Both the position numbers and the translations under genes were made by a program. The notes under the pieces were generated by a model. It did no database searches. It worked only from the letters and a program-made list of their open reading frames with translations, and was not told the DNA's origin. A stretch of DNA of 64,000 nt from the IMG/VR virus record IMGVR_UViG_3300042891_000711, positions 62,001 to 126,000 of that record; one strand, 5' to 3'. Below are positions 31,501 through 40,455 of this stretch, piece by piece (position 1 is the stretch's first letter; each line of letters opens with the position of its first letter).

Positions 31501-31837
31501 ACGTAAAGAAAAGGAAGCAGGTAAAAAGCCTGTTAAAGAGTTTGCAGTTCCTGGCGCGGCTACTGTAGCTACAGCAACACCAGGTGCTAAACCAGCTGAT
31601 CCGGCGGCTGTAGCCAAAGCGGCAGCGGCAACTAATACACTAAAAGCCGCAACAGGCACTACAGTTGCTCCAGCAACATTAGATAAAGCACTCGATTCAG
31701 CTACACAAGGTACAGCAACATCAACTGATGTAAAAGCCCTTGCTCCAATAATGGGCGTACTTAATAAAGCCGCTGCAGATCCTAAACTTGCAACACAGTT
31801 TAAAACTATAGCAAATCAAGCTAAACTAACACCATAA
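28529..31837 (+). CDS. modular polyprotein-like internal head protein
   Basis: Unrelated short modules joined at (I/L/V/M/F)-x-E sites. Confidence 0.65.
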   Translation: MSMMRKLLEAMTKFAGEPEQKPGEQWKGTDKGTPGKKLVGDSIIKDLVKGPTPKTKEEELAEAYANFMEDDIGVEPKRPGRKSDRPAREYTKHGKPSKRYTTVEEGWNTGNNRVSLPDTPHTYWSGTGALQKEYDALYDALVPSQGKADTIEGEVLRASSKIVYRHYNDGDEFNEASFDQLTPYIGTVTGYDDLAHKAIEFALKANGNYTPNPDWDSLDVMDYGPAEDDYEDEDEEDDDSWDHDDDEDLLGEGMEEFAKSQAKQRAEKRKSIPWPKEVPTDAEQERDRTRDEEENDPHPYADTPDLDEGATDVYSITSERNGRERSKSGTLAELIEYYSYTLETGKSYEHERGNRKINLNPKSIESLVQNLNNAKDNAAANGSSNERFYVDHSNMAEGRGPSKGLHKKVTIVKGRDAGKTGYVRQIKTDKLRNRVYLDLDLEDGGQAVVLKQDVRLVKDLAENYTGRETKDGVWRVFKDGQGGSVAGPFKSAEEANAWIKKQNQGVVEARTTWNNDFYVYDPETKTVKKKFRTHRGAKQYAEANGLAVASAEYYHDSVSKEVNEHGDQEGYEPWGSQDLKPGQKAIQGKPVKDTKKFTKDLAKDLGKQFSQEPKVKEGWESGPEERTRVERDPDAEYDARRQEKLDAPYAQKEPEAKGYHVVSLDTRQPVTDKVFPTKGHAMAYIQSNYGKNLAYRAINEGIESGDPVESAVLSAVQELIQQGHTEVAPEVITNMVVAATSQPFLLKDLVDCNNNSPAIQHYVDSINPTKVKFSNEILTVKNEDPAKDKKQAQAGVSSMAARAASRNRLGETKAISELSTDLVTKVGTARAQQLAPHVASNSTSPDRLKFAIKKNKAVDNLLAKSRAANEIGDTASAQHAVAGVRKIKDTVDGISEGSETPLRDTEDYRAKRSALQQIQMDLDTHKDPQLKAELTRRLGSLNQQYADLQSKLREFKESRGHKVIATKLGNMDRMNNVQIPTPAERQEQIRLRKEKEAGKKPVKEFAVPGAATVATATPGAKPADPAAVAKAAAATNTLKAATGTTVAPATLDKALDSATQGTATSTDVKALAPIMGVLNKAAADPKLATQFKTIANQAKLTP

Positions 31838-31838
31838 G

Positions 31839-31860
31839 ATTAAAGGGGCAACCCTTTAAT
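31839..31860. terminator. bidirectional hairpin between convergent genes
   Basis: ATTAAAGGG-GCAA-CCCTTTAAT, GNRA loop. Confidence 0.8.
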
Positions 31861-32302
31861 CGTCCAGTGCTTCTGGCTCTTGTCCGTCTGTTTGTAAATC
31901 CAAGTCTAATTTCTTTAGATACACTTTAACAGCCGACAGTTTACCAAACATACGGCTAGCACGTTTCTTATTAAGATACACACAGAACTTACCGGCTAGA
32001 TCTCGTTTAACTTCAGCTAAGGTATCACGTTTGAATCCAATGTTTGCTGTGTACACAGGCTCAATGTCAGCCATTGTGTCAAAGCCAAGTAATATACTAT
32101 CACCCTTGTTGCCCACCTTGACTAACTTAGTATCAAAGTATCCACTACTATTTGCTCGACGCATGATTATAGCCGCTAACTTAACATTGTTCTCAGCTAC
32201 TTGTATTGTACCGTCGGCGTCAATCCAGTAATCCTCGCCTTCATATGGTCCGTTAATTGGATCACCGATAATTTCATTTAATAGTTCTGCTACTTGTGTC
32301 AT
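31856..32302 (-). CDS. hypothetical early protein
   Basis: ORF with own sigma70 promoter. Confidence 0.7.
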   Translation of the reverse strand: MTQVAELLNEIIGDPINGPYEGEDYWIDADGTIQVAENNVKLAAIIMRRANSSGYFDTKLVKVGNKGDSILLGFDTMADIEPVYTANIGFKRDTLAEVKRDLAGKFCVYLNKKRASRMFGKLSAVKVYLKKLDLDLQTDGQEPEALDD

Positions 32303-32336
32303 TGAGTTTACTCATAGGTTGATTAAAGACATAGCT

Positions 32337-32365
32337 ATTATACTATCTTTTGCTAATAAAGTCAA
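32337..32365 (-). promoter_or_regulatory. sigma70-type early promoter
   Basis: On minus strand TTGACT-17 bp-TATAAT. Confidence 0.85.
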
Positions 32366-32435
32366 GTCTTTTTATAAGTTTTACTTAGAATTAAATTAGC
32401 ATAAATATCTTATATGAGTCAGTCTGAGAACAAAT

Positions 32436-33128
32436 ATGAGAATATATGATTTAAATCCCGTAGTTAACGAAGATAATGAAATGTCAGATGTCATTACTGC
32501 TCGCGGACTAGTAAATAGAGCATTAGATAATCCCGCTGCACGTCAGGAATACTTTGATTACATGACGCATCTGCGTAATAAACACGGTAAAGAATACAGC
32601 ACACGTATACATCAAAAAGCCACATCATTTGCTAAATCAGTAGACGAAACAATTAAAAAAGTAGGCAGCCAATACGAACTTGTTAGTAAATCGGGTAAGA
32701 ACCTAGGCAAGTATCCTACTAGAGCTGGTGCTGAGAAACGTGAGCAACAGGTTAATTATTTTAAACACGTTAAAGAAGATGCGTGGACTGGTGAAAATCC
32801 ACCGTGGCATAACGGTAATGATCAATGGAATGATGGTACTGACCAATGGCATAGTGCAGATGATGGTGCAGGTAGCAGTGCTGCAACTCCATCATCTGCA
32901 GGTCCGCTAACTGGTGAGATACCAGTTAAAGAAGAGTTTAATGCACAAGATGTTGTTAGTGTTGATGTTCCACTATTAATACGCTTACTTGAATATGCTC
33001 GCGAAGATGCTAAAACAGACATGGATTTACACACAGTAGCTGAACGATTAATTGATCTCAGTCAAGAAGGCGTTACACTAACAATGCAAGATTACGACAC
33101 AATTTGCAACACCAAGGAAACTGATTAA
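32436..33128 (+). CDS. modular putative internal head protein
   Basis: MRIYDLNPVVNE leader; modules after VDE, VKE, VKE. Confidence 0.65.
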   Translation: MRIYDLNPVVNEDNEMSDVITARGLVNRALDNPAARQEYFDYMTHLRNKHGKEYSTRIHQKATSFAKSVDETIKKVGSQYELVSKSGKNLGKYPTRAGAEKREQQVNYFKHVKEDAWTGENPPWHNGNDQWNDGTDQWHSADDGAGSSAATPSSAGPLTGEIPVKEEFNAQDVVSVDVPLLIRLLEYAREDAKTDMDLHTVAERLIDLSQEGVTLTMQDYDTICNTKETD

Positions 33129-35911
33129 TGAGTCTTATAAGTCAAACCAATTCATACACTACACCCGGAACATATACATACACTATTCCTCAAGGAGTAG
33201 GGTCGCTTGAATTTCATATATGGGGTGCAGGTGGAGCTGCAGGTGCATCTGGACCAGCTATTCAGGTACAAAGTGGCACGACTACAGCTCGAATACCAAG
33301 TGGTTCAGAACAAGTTCAAAGTGGAACGACTCGAGTTGAATCTGGTGTAGCACAAATACAAACTGGAACAACACAGGTACAAACTGGCACAACACAAGAA
33401 GCCTATACAGTTACTACTACTTGTTTTCTTGGTAATGCATTAATAAGCACACCATCCGGTCTTGTTGCTATCGAATCGCTGGCAATCGGTGATTTGGTGT
33501 ATGGGTTCGATGCATATAGCGAAACGGGTGAAGTAGTCTATGATGCAGAATTAGTAACATCACCAGTGACTAAATTGTTTAAACATACCTGGGAAGAAGC
33601 TGATGAATTTTCGTATTTGTTAGTAATTACACACGAACAAGGTGTATTAACTGTAACAGGCGGACACGAAATATTAACATCATCAAGAAAAGACACAACC
33701 TGTTATGATGGTTTCGTACGTGCAGAAAATTTAAGAGTAGGCGATGTACTTTATACTGAAGACGGTACTGCTTCTGTAATACAAAACATTATCCGTGGTG
33801 GCGAATATGAGATGGTATACAATCTTGAAATTGATGGTGTACACACATACGTTGCTGATGGCATTCGTGTTCATAATGGTATTATTAATAATAACAATAC
33901 TACCAACACCAAAGGACAATCTACTACTAATACCAAATTCAATAAAGGAACAACAACAAAAACATTGTATCGAGATGTTCCAGTATACGCAACTGTTCCT
34001 GTGTACACTACTGTACCAACTTATAGTGATGTTCCGACATATACTACACAAACTACATTTACTACAGTATATAATCCTGTATATGAATCAGTTTCCGGCG
34101 GTAGTGGTGCCAGCGGTGGGGCAGGCGGTTATGCATCGAGAAAAATCCAAGTTACTGCTGGCGATGTAATCGTAATTTCAGTTGGTAGTGCAGGAGTTGG
34201 ATCCATAGGTGGACAAAGTTCGTCATCAATTGGTTTCAACGGCGGCAATGGCGGAGTATCATCAAACGGTGGACGTGGAGGCGGTGGCGGTGCTGCCACC
34301 GTGATTACTGTAAATGGAACTATTGTTGCAGTTGCCGCAGGCGGCGCCGGTGGTGGCGGTGGCGGAACATCTGGATCGGCAGGTACTGCGGGAACAGCTG
34401 CATCCATTTCAGGAATTGGATCAGGTACACAAGGTGCCGGTCTATCGTCGGTTGCTGGTCCAGCAACAGGTGGCGGAGGCGGTGGTGGTTTTTATAGCGG
34501 ACTTGCTGGTGCAAGCGGTAATGCCGGCGGAGGTGGACAAGGCGGAGTAAGTTTCGGCACAGTAATTTATGGTGGTAGCGGAACAACTCCTGGAGGCAAC
34601 AACATATCAGTTTATCCAGGAAGAAATGTTGGTGCTGCAGCATTTGGTGGTGCAGCTTTATTAATATTCAATAAATCATTTAATATAAATGTAAAACGTG
34701 CTGGAACTTGGAATCCAGTTAACAGTGCCTGGGTTAAAGTCGGTGGTTCATGGAAAGAACTATTAAATGGATGGACTAAAGTTAGTGGTGTATGGAAACC
34801 ATTGATTTCTGCAGATGCTGTAGTTGGTTCTGAAAATTTAACAACTCCTGCTATAACATATTCGTTATCTGCAGATTCAGCAAGTATTACCGAAGGTGAT
34901 TCAGTGGTATTTACACTAGCAACCACAGGTATTGCCGCAGGTACATCGATTCCGTATACTGCTACAGGTATTGCGGCAGCCGATTTATCAGCCGGCGCAT
35001 TAACAGGCAATTTTATTGTTGGCACAACCGATACTATCACATTTACTCCTAGAGAGAATAATACCACAAATGGTACCAGAACATTACGTGTATCTATTGA
35101 TAATTCTACTGCGGCTGCAACTTGTACAGTATTAGACACATCATTGACTCCAGTGTATTCACTTGTCGGCAATGTTGCAACAATAAACGAGGGTGGATCA
35201 GTTACATTTACTTTATCAACTAGTTATGTTGATTCAGGCACAGTAATTCCATATTCAGTTAGTGGCATTAGTGCTGCAGACTTATCATCTGGATCGATGA
35301 CTGGCAATTTTATAGTCGGAAATGTAACCACTGCAGCATTTACTTTAGCATCAGATTCACTCACAGAAGGTGCTGAACGAATAACTATTACCTTACACAG
35401 TGTACCAGGAAGTGCAAGTTGCGCTATAGCTGATACATCGACTACACCTTATGTAGCATTTAGTGGCTCAATTACATTAAGTGGTAATGGTACATGGACT
35501 GTGCCAGATTATGTAACTTCGTTATCTGTTTCAGTAATAGGCGGTGGCGGCGGTGGTGGTGGCAACCACAACAATTGTGGTAACCGAGCACATGCTGGTG
35601 GTGCTGGTGGCGGTGGTTATACAAATTCAGACACACTATCAGTTTCCCCAGGACAAAAATTTACATATCGAGTAGGTGTCGGTGGAGCAGGTGGTGCGGC
35701 TAGTGCATTAGGTGGTACTGGTGTATCTACATTCTTTGGTTCAGTTTCGGCCGCTGGCGGCGGTGGTGGTGGTGGTGGTACGAAAGGCACGGCGGGTGTC
35801 GGTGGAGCAGGCACCAATGGTGGTATAGGCGGCTTATATACAGATAACTTAGGTAAAGCAGGTGGTAGTGGATCCATTAGTCTTTCTTGGACAGGATCAA
35901 GACCAGGATAA
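33128..35911 (+). CDS. glycine-rich tail fibre/adhesin with inserted Hint domain and Calx-beta/Ig-like repeats
   Basis: WGAGG/GGGGG glycine-rich domains, SITEGDSVVFTL repeats, Hint motifs. Confidence 0.8.
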   Translation: MSLISQTNSYTTPGTYTYTIPQGVGSLEFHIWGAGGAAGASGPAIQVQSGTTTARIPSGSEQVQSGTTRVESGVAQIQTGTTQVQTGTTQEAYTVTTTCFLGNALISTPSGLVAIESLAIGDLVYGFDAYSETGEVVYDAELVTSPVTKLFKHTWEEADEFSYLLVITHEQGVLTVTGGHEILTSSRKDTTCYDGFVRAENLRVGDVLYTEDGTASVIQNIIRGGEYEMVYNLEIDGVHTYVADGIRVHNGIINNNNTTNTKGQSTTNTKFNKGTTTKTLYRDVPVYATVPVYTTVPTYSDVPTYTTQTTFTTVYNPVYESVSGGSGASGGAGGYASRKIQVTAGDVIVISVGSAGVGSIGGQSSSSIGFNGGNGGVSSNGGRGGGGGAATVITVNGTIVAVAAGGAGGGGGGTSGSAGTAGTAASISGIGSGTQGAGLSSVAGPATGGGGGGGFYSGLAGASGNAGGGGQGGVSFGTVIYGGSGTTPGGNNISVYPGRNVGAAAFGGAALLIFNKSFNINVKRAGTWNPVNSAWVKVGGSWKELLNGWTKVSGVWKPLISADAVVGSENLTTPAITYSLSADSASITEGDSVVFTLATTGIAAGTSIPYTATGIAAADLSAGALTGNFIVGTTDTITFTPRENNTTNGTRTLRVSIDNSTAAATCTVLDTSLTPVYSLVGNVATINEGGSVTFTLSTSYVDSGTVIPYSVSGISAADLSSGSMTGNFIVGNVTTAAFTLASDSLTEGAERITITLHSVPGSASCAIADTSTTPYVAFSGSITLSGNGTWTVPDYVTSLSVSVIGGGGGGGGNHNNCGNRAHAGGAGGGGYTNSDTLSVSPGQKFTYRVGVGGAGGAASALGGTGVSTFFGSVSAAGGGGGGGGTKGTAGVGGAGTNGGIGGLYTDNLGKAGGSGSISLSWTGSRPG
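33422..33877 (+). other. Hint (intein-like/BIL) domain
   Basis: CFLGNALI (block A), LTVTGGHEI (block B), VYNLEIDGVHTYVADGIRVHN (blocks F/G); +1 residue is Gly. Confidence 0.88.
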
Positions 35912-35917
35912 TAATTT

Positions 35918-35939
35918 TATAGTAGCACAGGCTACTATA
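35918..35939. other. intergenic hairpin
   Basis: TATAGTAGC-ACAG-GCTACTATA, followed by TAAGTA motif. Confidence 0.55.
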
Positions 35940-35976
35940 TAAGTAACAGTAACATCAATTAACTAAGGAAAGTTCA

Positions 35977-36315
35977 ATGTCAAAAATTACAATTAAAATT
36001 ATCGATATAGATCGTACGTCAAATAATATCATAGTAAAATATGCCAGTGAGGCAAGTGCAAAACCAATTGATGAATATTCAGCTATGGGTTTTCAAATAA
36101 CCGATACATCAATTCTAACACCAGAACAGTTTGTCGAATCTATTAGATACGAAGTATCACAGCACGTCGCAGTTAGAGATGCATTAGAAGCGCACACATC
36201 GGCACTAGATTTTAGTGCATGGAGTGGATATACAACTGAAGTCGATGCTAGTGTACTTGTAGCGTCAGCACCACCAGTAATAGATGCACTAGCGACCCCT
36301 GAAGTAGTCCTATGA
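35977..36315 (+). CDS. hypothetical protein (tail-fibre associated)
   Basis: AAGGAA RBS; follows fibre gene. Confidence 0.7.
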   Translation: MSKITIKIIDIDRTSNNIIVKYASEASAKPIDEYSAMGFQITDTSILTPEQFVESIRYEVSQHVAVRDALEAHTSALDFSAWSGYTTEVDASVLVASAPPVIDALATPEVVL

Positions 36316-36824
36316 TTTTAAATAATGCCCTCAATGCTGGTAACTTTGTTTACTGCATGATACACTGGAGCCCGCACGAAGAAATTGAATATTTCAACGA
36401 CGGTGATGGCCACTATCATCCATCTGTGTATGTTTTAGAGGGCAAGGGGTGGGCTGAATTTAAAACACCAGAAGGTGAAATATACATAAGTGAAGCCACT
36501 GGCGCTCCAGGAACAATTGTAGATACAAGTCATAGCAAGGGTAATTATCAAATTATCCGTACCATGGATAGTGGACTTACATTGTTTCACATAAACCCTG
36601 TACCAGCAACTAGAAATTTGCACACAGAAATAGTAAACGGTCCCATCACTCGCACAATTACTGCTGGTGATAAACGAGTAGTCGTTGTGGTTATTACGGG
36701 TCCAATTACTGCTAACGGTAAACAACTATCTAGTCTACAACATAGTAAAGTATTTCCCAGCAAGTCAGTAGAATTGATAATTCCAGAGCATGCAATATGC
36801 GCATTAGTGACCGAAATAAACTAG
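36312..36824 (+). CDS. cupin-like hypothetical protein
   Basis: HYH...YVLEGKG beta-rich pattern. Confidence 0.55.
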   Translation: MILNNALNAGNFVYCMIHWSPHEEIEYFNDGDGHYHPSVYVLEGKGWAEFKTPEGEIYISEATGAPGTIVDTSHSKGNYQIIRTMDSGLTLFHINPVPATRNLHTEIVNGPITRTITAGDKRVVVVVITGPITANGKQLSSLQHSKVFPSKSVELIIPEHAICALVTEIN

Positions 36825-37591
36825 CTATTAATCTACTAAATCCCTTTAGACAATTTGCTACGATATTACAACTGCTTTTGCCAGTTAGTATCTATCTTGG
36901 TATAACATCTGATGCAGGTGCAATGTGGTGGCTAGTTGCTGTTTTCTTTTACCTAGTAATCTACACAATGATTGGAAATAATATTGCACTGCATCGTTAT
37001 TTCACGCACGGACACTTTACAGTAGCAAAACCTGTTGAATACTTCTTTTTATGGTGCGGATCTATGATAGGCATGGGCGATCCGTTGAGCTATGCAATGA
37101 CGCATACTGTACATCACAATCCAAAATACACCGATACTCCTTTAGATCCACACGGCCCATCATGCGGACTACGTTCAATTCTATTTTGTTTTCAACGCCC
37201 GATTAATCCCAACATAACTCCTGTATTCAATAGACATGTTTTAGAATTAAGTAAAAGGTATTGGTGGTTACATAGATACTATGTTCCTATTATACTAGCC
37301 AATGCCGCACTTTTATGGATGATTGATTATAAAATATTCTTATTCTGCTGGTTAATCCCTGTGTCATTATCAATTTGGGGTATTGGGTTTGCTGTCTTAA
37401 GACAACATTGGCCAATGAAAGCTAATAACTGCCGTACACATTTAATTGAACCTTGGTACGAAGGTCTGCATTTAAATCATCACAATTGGCCAATGGCTCC
37501 GAATACTGCGATATATACTAATGAAATCGATTACACTTATCAATTTAGTAAAATATTTTTTCCTAAATTTAATACCAAAGGGCAACCGTGA
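36797..37591 (+). CDS. membrane fatty acid desaturase-like protein 1
   Basis: His boxes HRYFTH, HTVHH, HLNHH; DPHGP. Confidence 0.88.
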   Translation: MRISDRNKLAINLLNPFRQFATILQLLLPVSIYLGITSDAGAMWWLVAVFFYLVIYTMIGNNIALHRYFTHGHFTVAKPVEYFFLWCGSMIGMGDPLSYAMTHTVHHNPKYTDTPLDPHGPSCGLRSILFCFQRPINPNITPVFNRHVLELSKRYWWLHRYYVPIILANAALLWMIDYKIFLFCWLIPVSLSIWGIGFAVLRQHWPMKANNCRTHLIEPWYEGLHLNHHNWPMAPNTAIYTNEIDYTYQFSKIFFPKFNTKGQP

Positions 37592-38355
37592 ACAAATTTA
37601 TCAAATGGCTTATTCAACCTAATTATTTTTGGATGACTCTAATGCAGGTTATGTTGCCTGTATATCTATATCTAGCTGTTACCAGTGGTGCAGATTGGCT
37701 GTGGTGGATGGGTAGTTTTATCTTTTACTTCTTATATCTAGCTATCGGTAATAATATTGGCATGCACCGTTATTACTGTCATCATTACTTTACTATGAAC
37801 AGGTCCACAGAATGGTTTGTTGCTTGGTGTGCTATGATGGGCGGCATGGGCAGTCCAATATGCTATGCTAGTATTCATCAAGTACATCATAGAATACACG
37901 ATACTGAACAGGATCCGCATGGTCTAAATCGAGGATGGCGTAGCGTGCTGTACTATTTCCACAGACAAATAGATCAAAAAGAAATTAAATTTAATAGAAA
38001 CATGGCAGAATTAACAAAACGTTACGGATTTGTACATCAATTCTACTGGCCAGTTGTATTTGCTAACGCGGCTATATTTTATTTAATTAGTTGGAAAGCA
38101 TTGCTATTCTTATGGTTAATTCCTTGCAGTTTAACCTTGTGGGCAGTAGCATTAGTATTGTTAATGCAACACGACCAAGATGGTCCAAACAACAGTAGAA
38201 GTTATATGTGGTTTGGCTGGGGCGAAACATGGCATAAAAATCATCACGAAGACCAAAGTCTGGCAGATCATAGTCTAGGCAAGGGCGTCGACTGGACTTA
38301 CCAATTATCCAGATTATTAGCAAATGACCAATCCAATACAAACAAAAACAATTAA
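37588..38355 (+). CDS. membrane fatty acid desaturase-like protein 2
   Basis: HRYYCH, HQVHH, GETWHKNHH; DPHG. Confidence 0.9.
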   Translation: MNKFIKWLIQPNYFWMTLMQVMLPVYLYLAVTSGADWLWWMGSFIFYFLYLAIGNNIGMHRYYCHHYFTMNRSTEWFVAWCAMMGGMGSPICYASIHQVHHRIHDTEQDPHGLNRGWRSVLYYFHRQIDQKEIKFNRNMAELTKRYGFVHQFYWPVVFANAAIFYLISWKALLFLWLIPCSLTLWAVALVLLMQHDQDGPNNSRSYMWFGWGETWHKNHHEDQSLADHSLGKGVDWTYQLSRLLANDQSNTNKNN

Positions 38356-38941
38356 TCTAGATCTGGATCGACTTAAACGCGATGCCAGACGTATTAATAA
38401 TAAAATTATCAAAGCCTATAGTAACTTAGCGGTGCCTGATAATAAGTACTATCAAAACGAGCTAGCTAAACAGTTAGAAGGTGTGCCTATGAGTAGTAAA
38501 TATCATGACTACTATAATGCATTGACCTTTCCTTATCAAGAAATACATCAACTATACCGAGAAGCCTGTACATTCTTTAAGGAAGTTAATCAATATGATC
38601 AACCTTACTGTGTACATGCTTGGTTAAACTATTTAGAAAAAGGCGACAGTATTCCATGGCATAATCATTGGGGTGCCTTAAGTGGCTTGCACGAAACTTA
38701 TGTTTGTAGTTATTACATTAATGCAGAATCTAGCACCACTATATACAAATTCCCCAACGAAACCTACAATGTAGCTTGCAAAAACAACACTATTAACATG
38801 TACGAAGATGTAGGTGATGTTCACATGGTAGAGCCGTGGCAAGGTAATGAGCCGCGCATTAGTATTAGTATGGACTTTGTACCGTTAAAATACGTACATG
38901 CTACACCGTTTGTCTTAAATACTTGGATGCCGGTTGTATAA
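38324..38941 (+). CDS. 2OG-Fe(II) oxygenase-like protein
   Basis: AWLNY...WHNH...SYYI...HMV...RISISMD. Confidence 0.7.
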   Translation: MTNPIQTKTINLDLDRLKRDARRINNKIIKAYSNLAVPDNKYYQNELAKQLEGVPMSSKYHDYYNALTFPYQEIHQLYREACTFFKEVNQYDQPYCVHAWLNYLEKGDSIPWHNHWGALSGLHETYVCSYYINAESSTTIYKFPNETYNVACKNNTINMYEDVGDVHMVEPWQGNEPRISISMDFVPLKYVHATPFVLNTWMPVV

Positions 38942-38974
38942 ATAAACATAGTATATAATTAAGGAAGATTTTCA

Positions 38975-39688
38975 ATGAAAAAACTAGTATTATTAGTAGG
39001 TCTATTATTAAGCGTAAATGCTTATGCAGGCATCAATCAAGAGTGCCCTACACTAACAGCCGCAGGTGCAGCTACATACGCTGCCAAACCAGGCGATCAA
39101 GAAATTTGTCATAAGAACTACGCTGTTATCCATAGCTGTGCAGTTAAAGCACCTATTGCAGTATTTGAACGGTTGTCATTAGAAGACATGACAGGTCCTG
39201 CAAAACGTAAAGACGACTTCCGACCAGATCCAAAAGTTACTCCGGCATGTTCAGCTACCCTAGCTGACTATGCTACTGTAGGTCGTACACATGACCGTGG
39301 ACATATGAGCCCGGCTGGTAACAACACACAAGATCCAGCAATCATGAGTGAAAGTTTCTTCCTAAGCAATATGGAGCCACAAATTGCTAATAACAATCGT
39401 GGTATATGGAAACAGTTAGAAACATACGAACGTGAATGGGCTAAACAACCAGGTACAGATTATTACATTATTAGTGGTGGTATCTTTGATGCAGGCCATC
39501 AAAAAACAGGCAACGGCTTAGGTATTCCTACACGTTTATACAAGATTATTATTGAAAAGAATAGTAAGAAAGTTAAGGCTTACTTGATGCCAAACACAGC
39601 ATTACCTGTAGCAGACTTACCCAAATATGAAACTACAATAGCTAATGTAGAATCAGCAACTGGTCTTAAGTTTGCCCTACCTAAATAA
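38975..39688 (+). CDS. DNA/RNA non-specific endonuclease (NucA/EndA family) with signal peptide
   Basis: DRGHMSPA, SFFLSNMEPQ, NRGIWKQLE; MKKLVLL...NAYA signal. Confidence 0.92.
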   Translation: MKKLVLLVGLLLSVNAYAGINQECPTLTAAGAATYAAKPGDQEICHKNYAVIHSCAVKAPIAVFERLSLEDMTGPAKRKDDFRPDPKVTPACSATLADYATVGRTHDRGHMSPAGNNTQDPAIMSESFFLSNMEPQIANNNRGIWKQLETYEREWAKQPGTDYYIISGGIFDAGHQKTGNGLGIPTRLYKIIIEKNSKKVKAYLMPNTALPVADLPKYETTIANVESATGLKFALPK

Positions 39689-39690
39689 TA

Positions 39691-40455
39691 TTATTTTGCA
39701 GCTAATTTAAAAAATACTCTAACAAAATAATATTGAGGATTTATATACCTAACCCACGTGGGGCCTTTAAATATATGGCTCCACGTGGTATATTTTTCTC
39801 TGAAATCTTGATGATGTTCGTAATGCCACGCTTGATTTAAATTAAGTGGAAACAACCACGGATATGTTTTTTCTCCGTAGTGCAGAAGATAATAATCGTG
39901 TTGTACTTCTAATATAACTTTAAACAATATAGGTAATACGATTATATAGAAGTAATAATCAATACCAAATAATAATATAAAAATAATAGATAGTATCAGC
40001 TCTAGTTCTCGTAGATATTTAATTATAAATGGAAATTCTGTATATTGTTGTAATAAGATATTCATATTATCTATAGATGGCTTGCTAAATGGATTTAATC
40101 CAATCCAAAAATAGAAAATACCTTTATGCAATGTTGTTGTAAATATATCTTTGTCTGTTTTCCAATACAAATGATGATACCAGTGTGTTTTGATAGATGA
40201 CGATTTATCTGCATAAGTGTCCGGACTGACAATATAGATAAAACAATCAATTATATACCTAAAAAAAGTATTTTTTGGAAGTATATATCGATGTTCCACA
40301 TAATCATGGCCTATGATTTCCGCAAACATCCATACTATGTACGTAACAAGTAATGAGATTGTTAATAAATGCCAATTATTAAAATATAATAACCCGCTAA
40401 CGGCTATTATAATATAAGCATGCTGTTTAATAAATTCTATTAGAGTTTGTTTCAT
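39691..40455 (-). CDS. divergent desaturase-like membrane protein 3
   Basis: HDYVEH, HWYHH, HYEHH plus TM helices. Confidence 0.72.
   Translation of the reverse strand: MKQTLIEFIKQHAYIIIAVSGLLYFNNWHLLTISLLVTYIVWMFAEIIGHDYVEHRYILPKNTFFRYIIDCFIYIVSPDTYADKSSSIKTHWYHHLYWKTDKDIFTTTLHKGIFYFWIGLNPFSKPSIDNMNILLQQYTEFPFIIKYLRELELILSIIFILLFGIDYYFYIIVLPILFKVILEVQHDYYLLHYGEKTYPWLFPLNLNQAWHYEHHQDFREKYTTWSHIFKGPTWVRYINPQYYFVRVFFKLAAK

Noticed and set aside
32414-32448. Micro-ORF MSQSENKYENI after TAAATA
   Set aside because: Too short to support; may only be a leader for 32436.
33422-33877. Canonical mobile intein
   Set aside because: No homing endonuclease and +1 residue is Gly; reported as a Hint/BIL-type domain instead.
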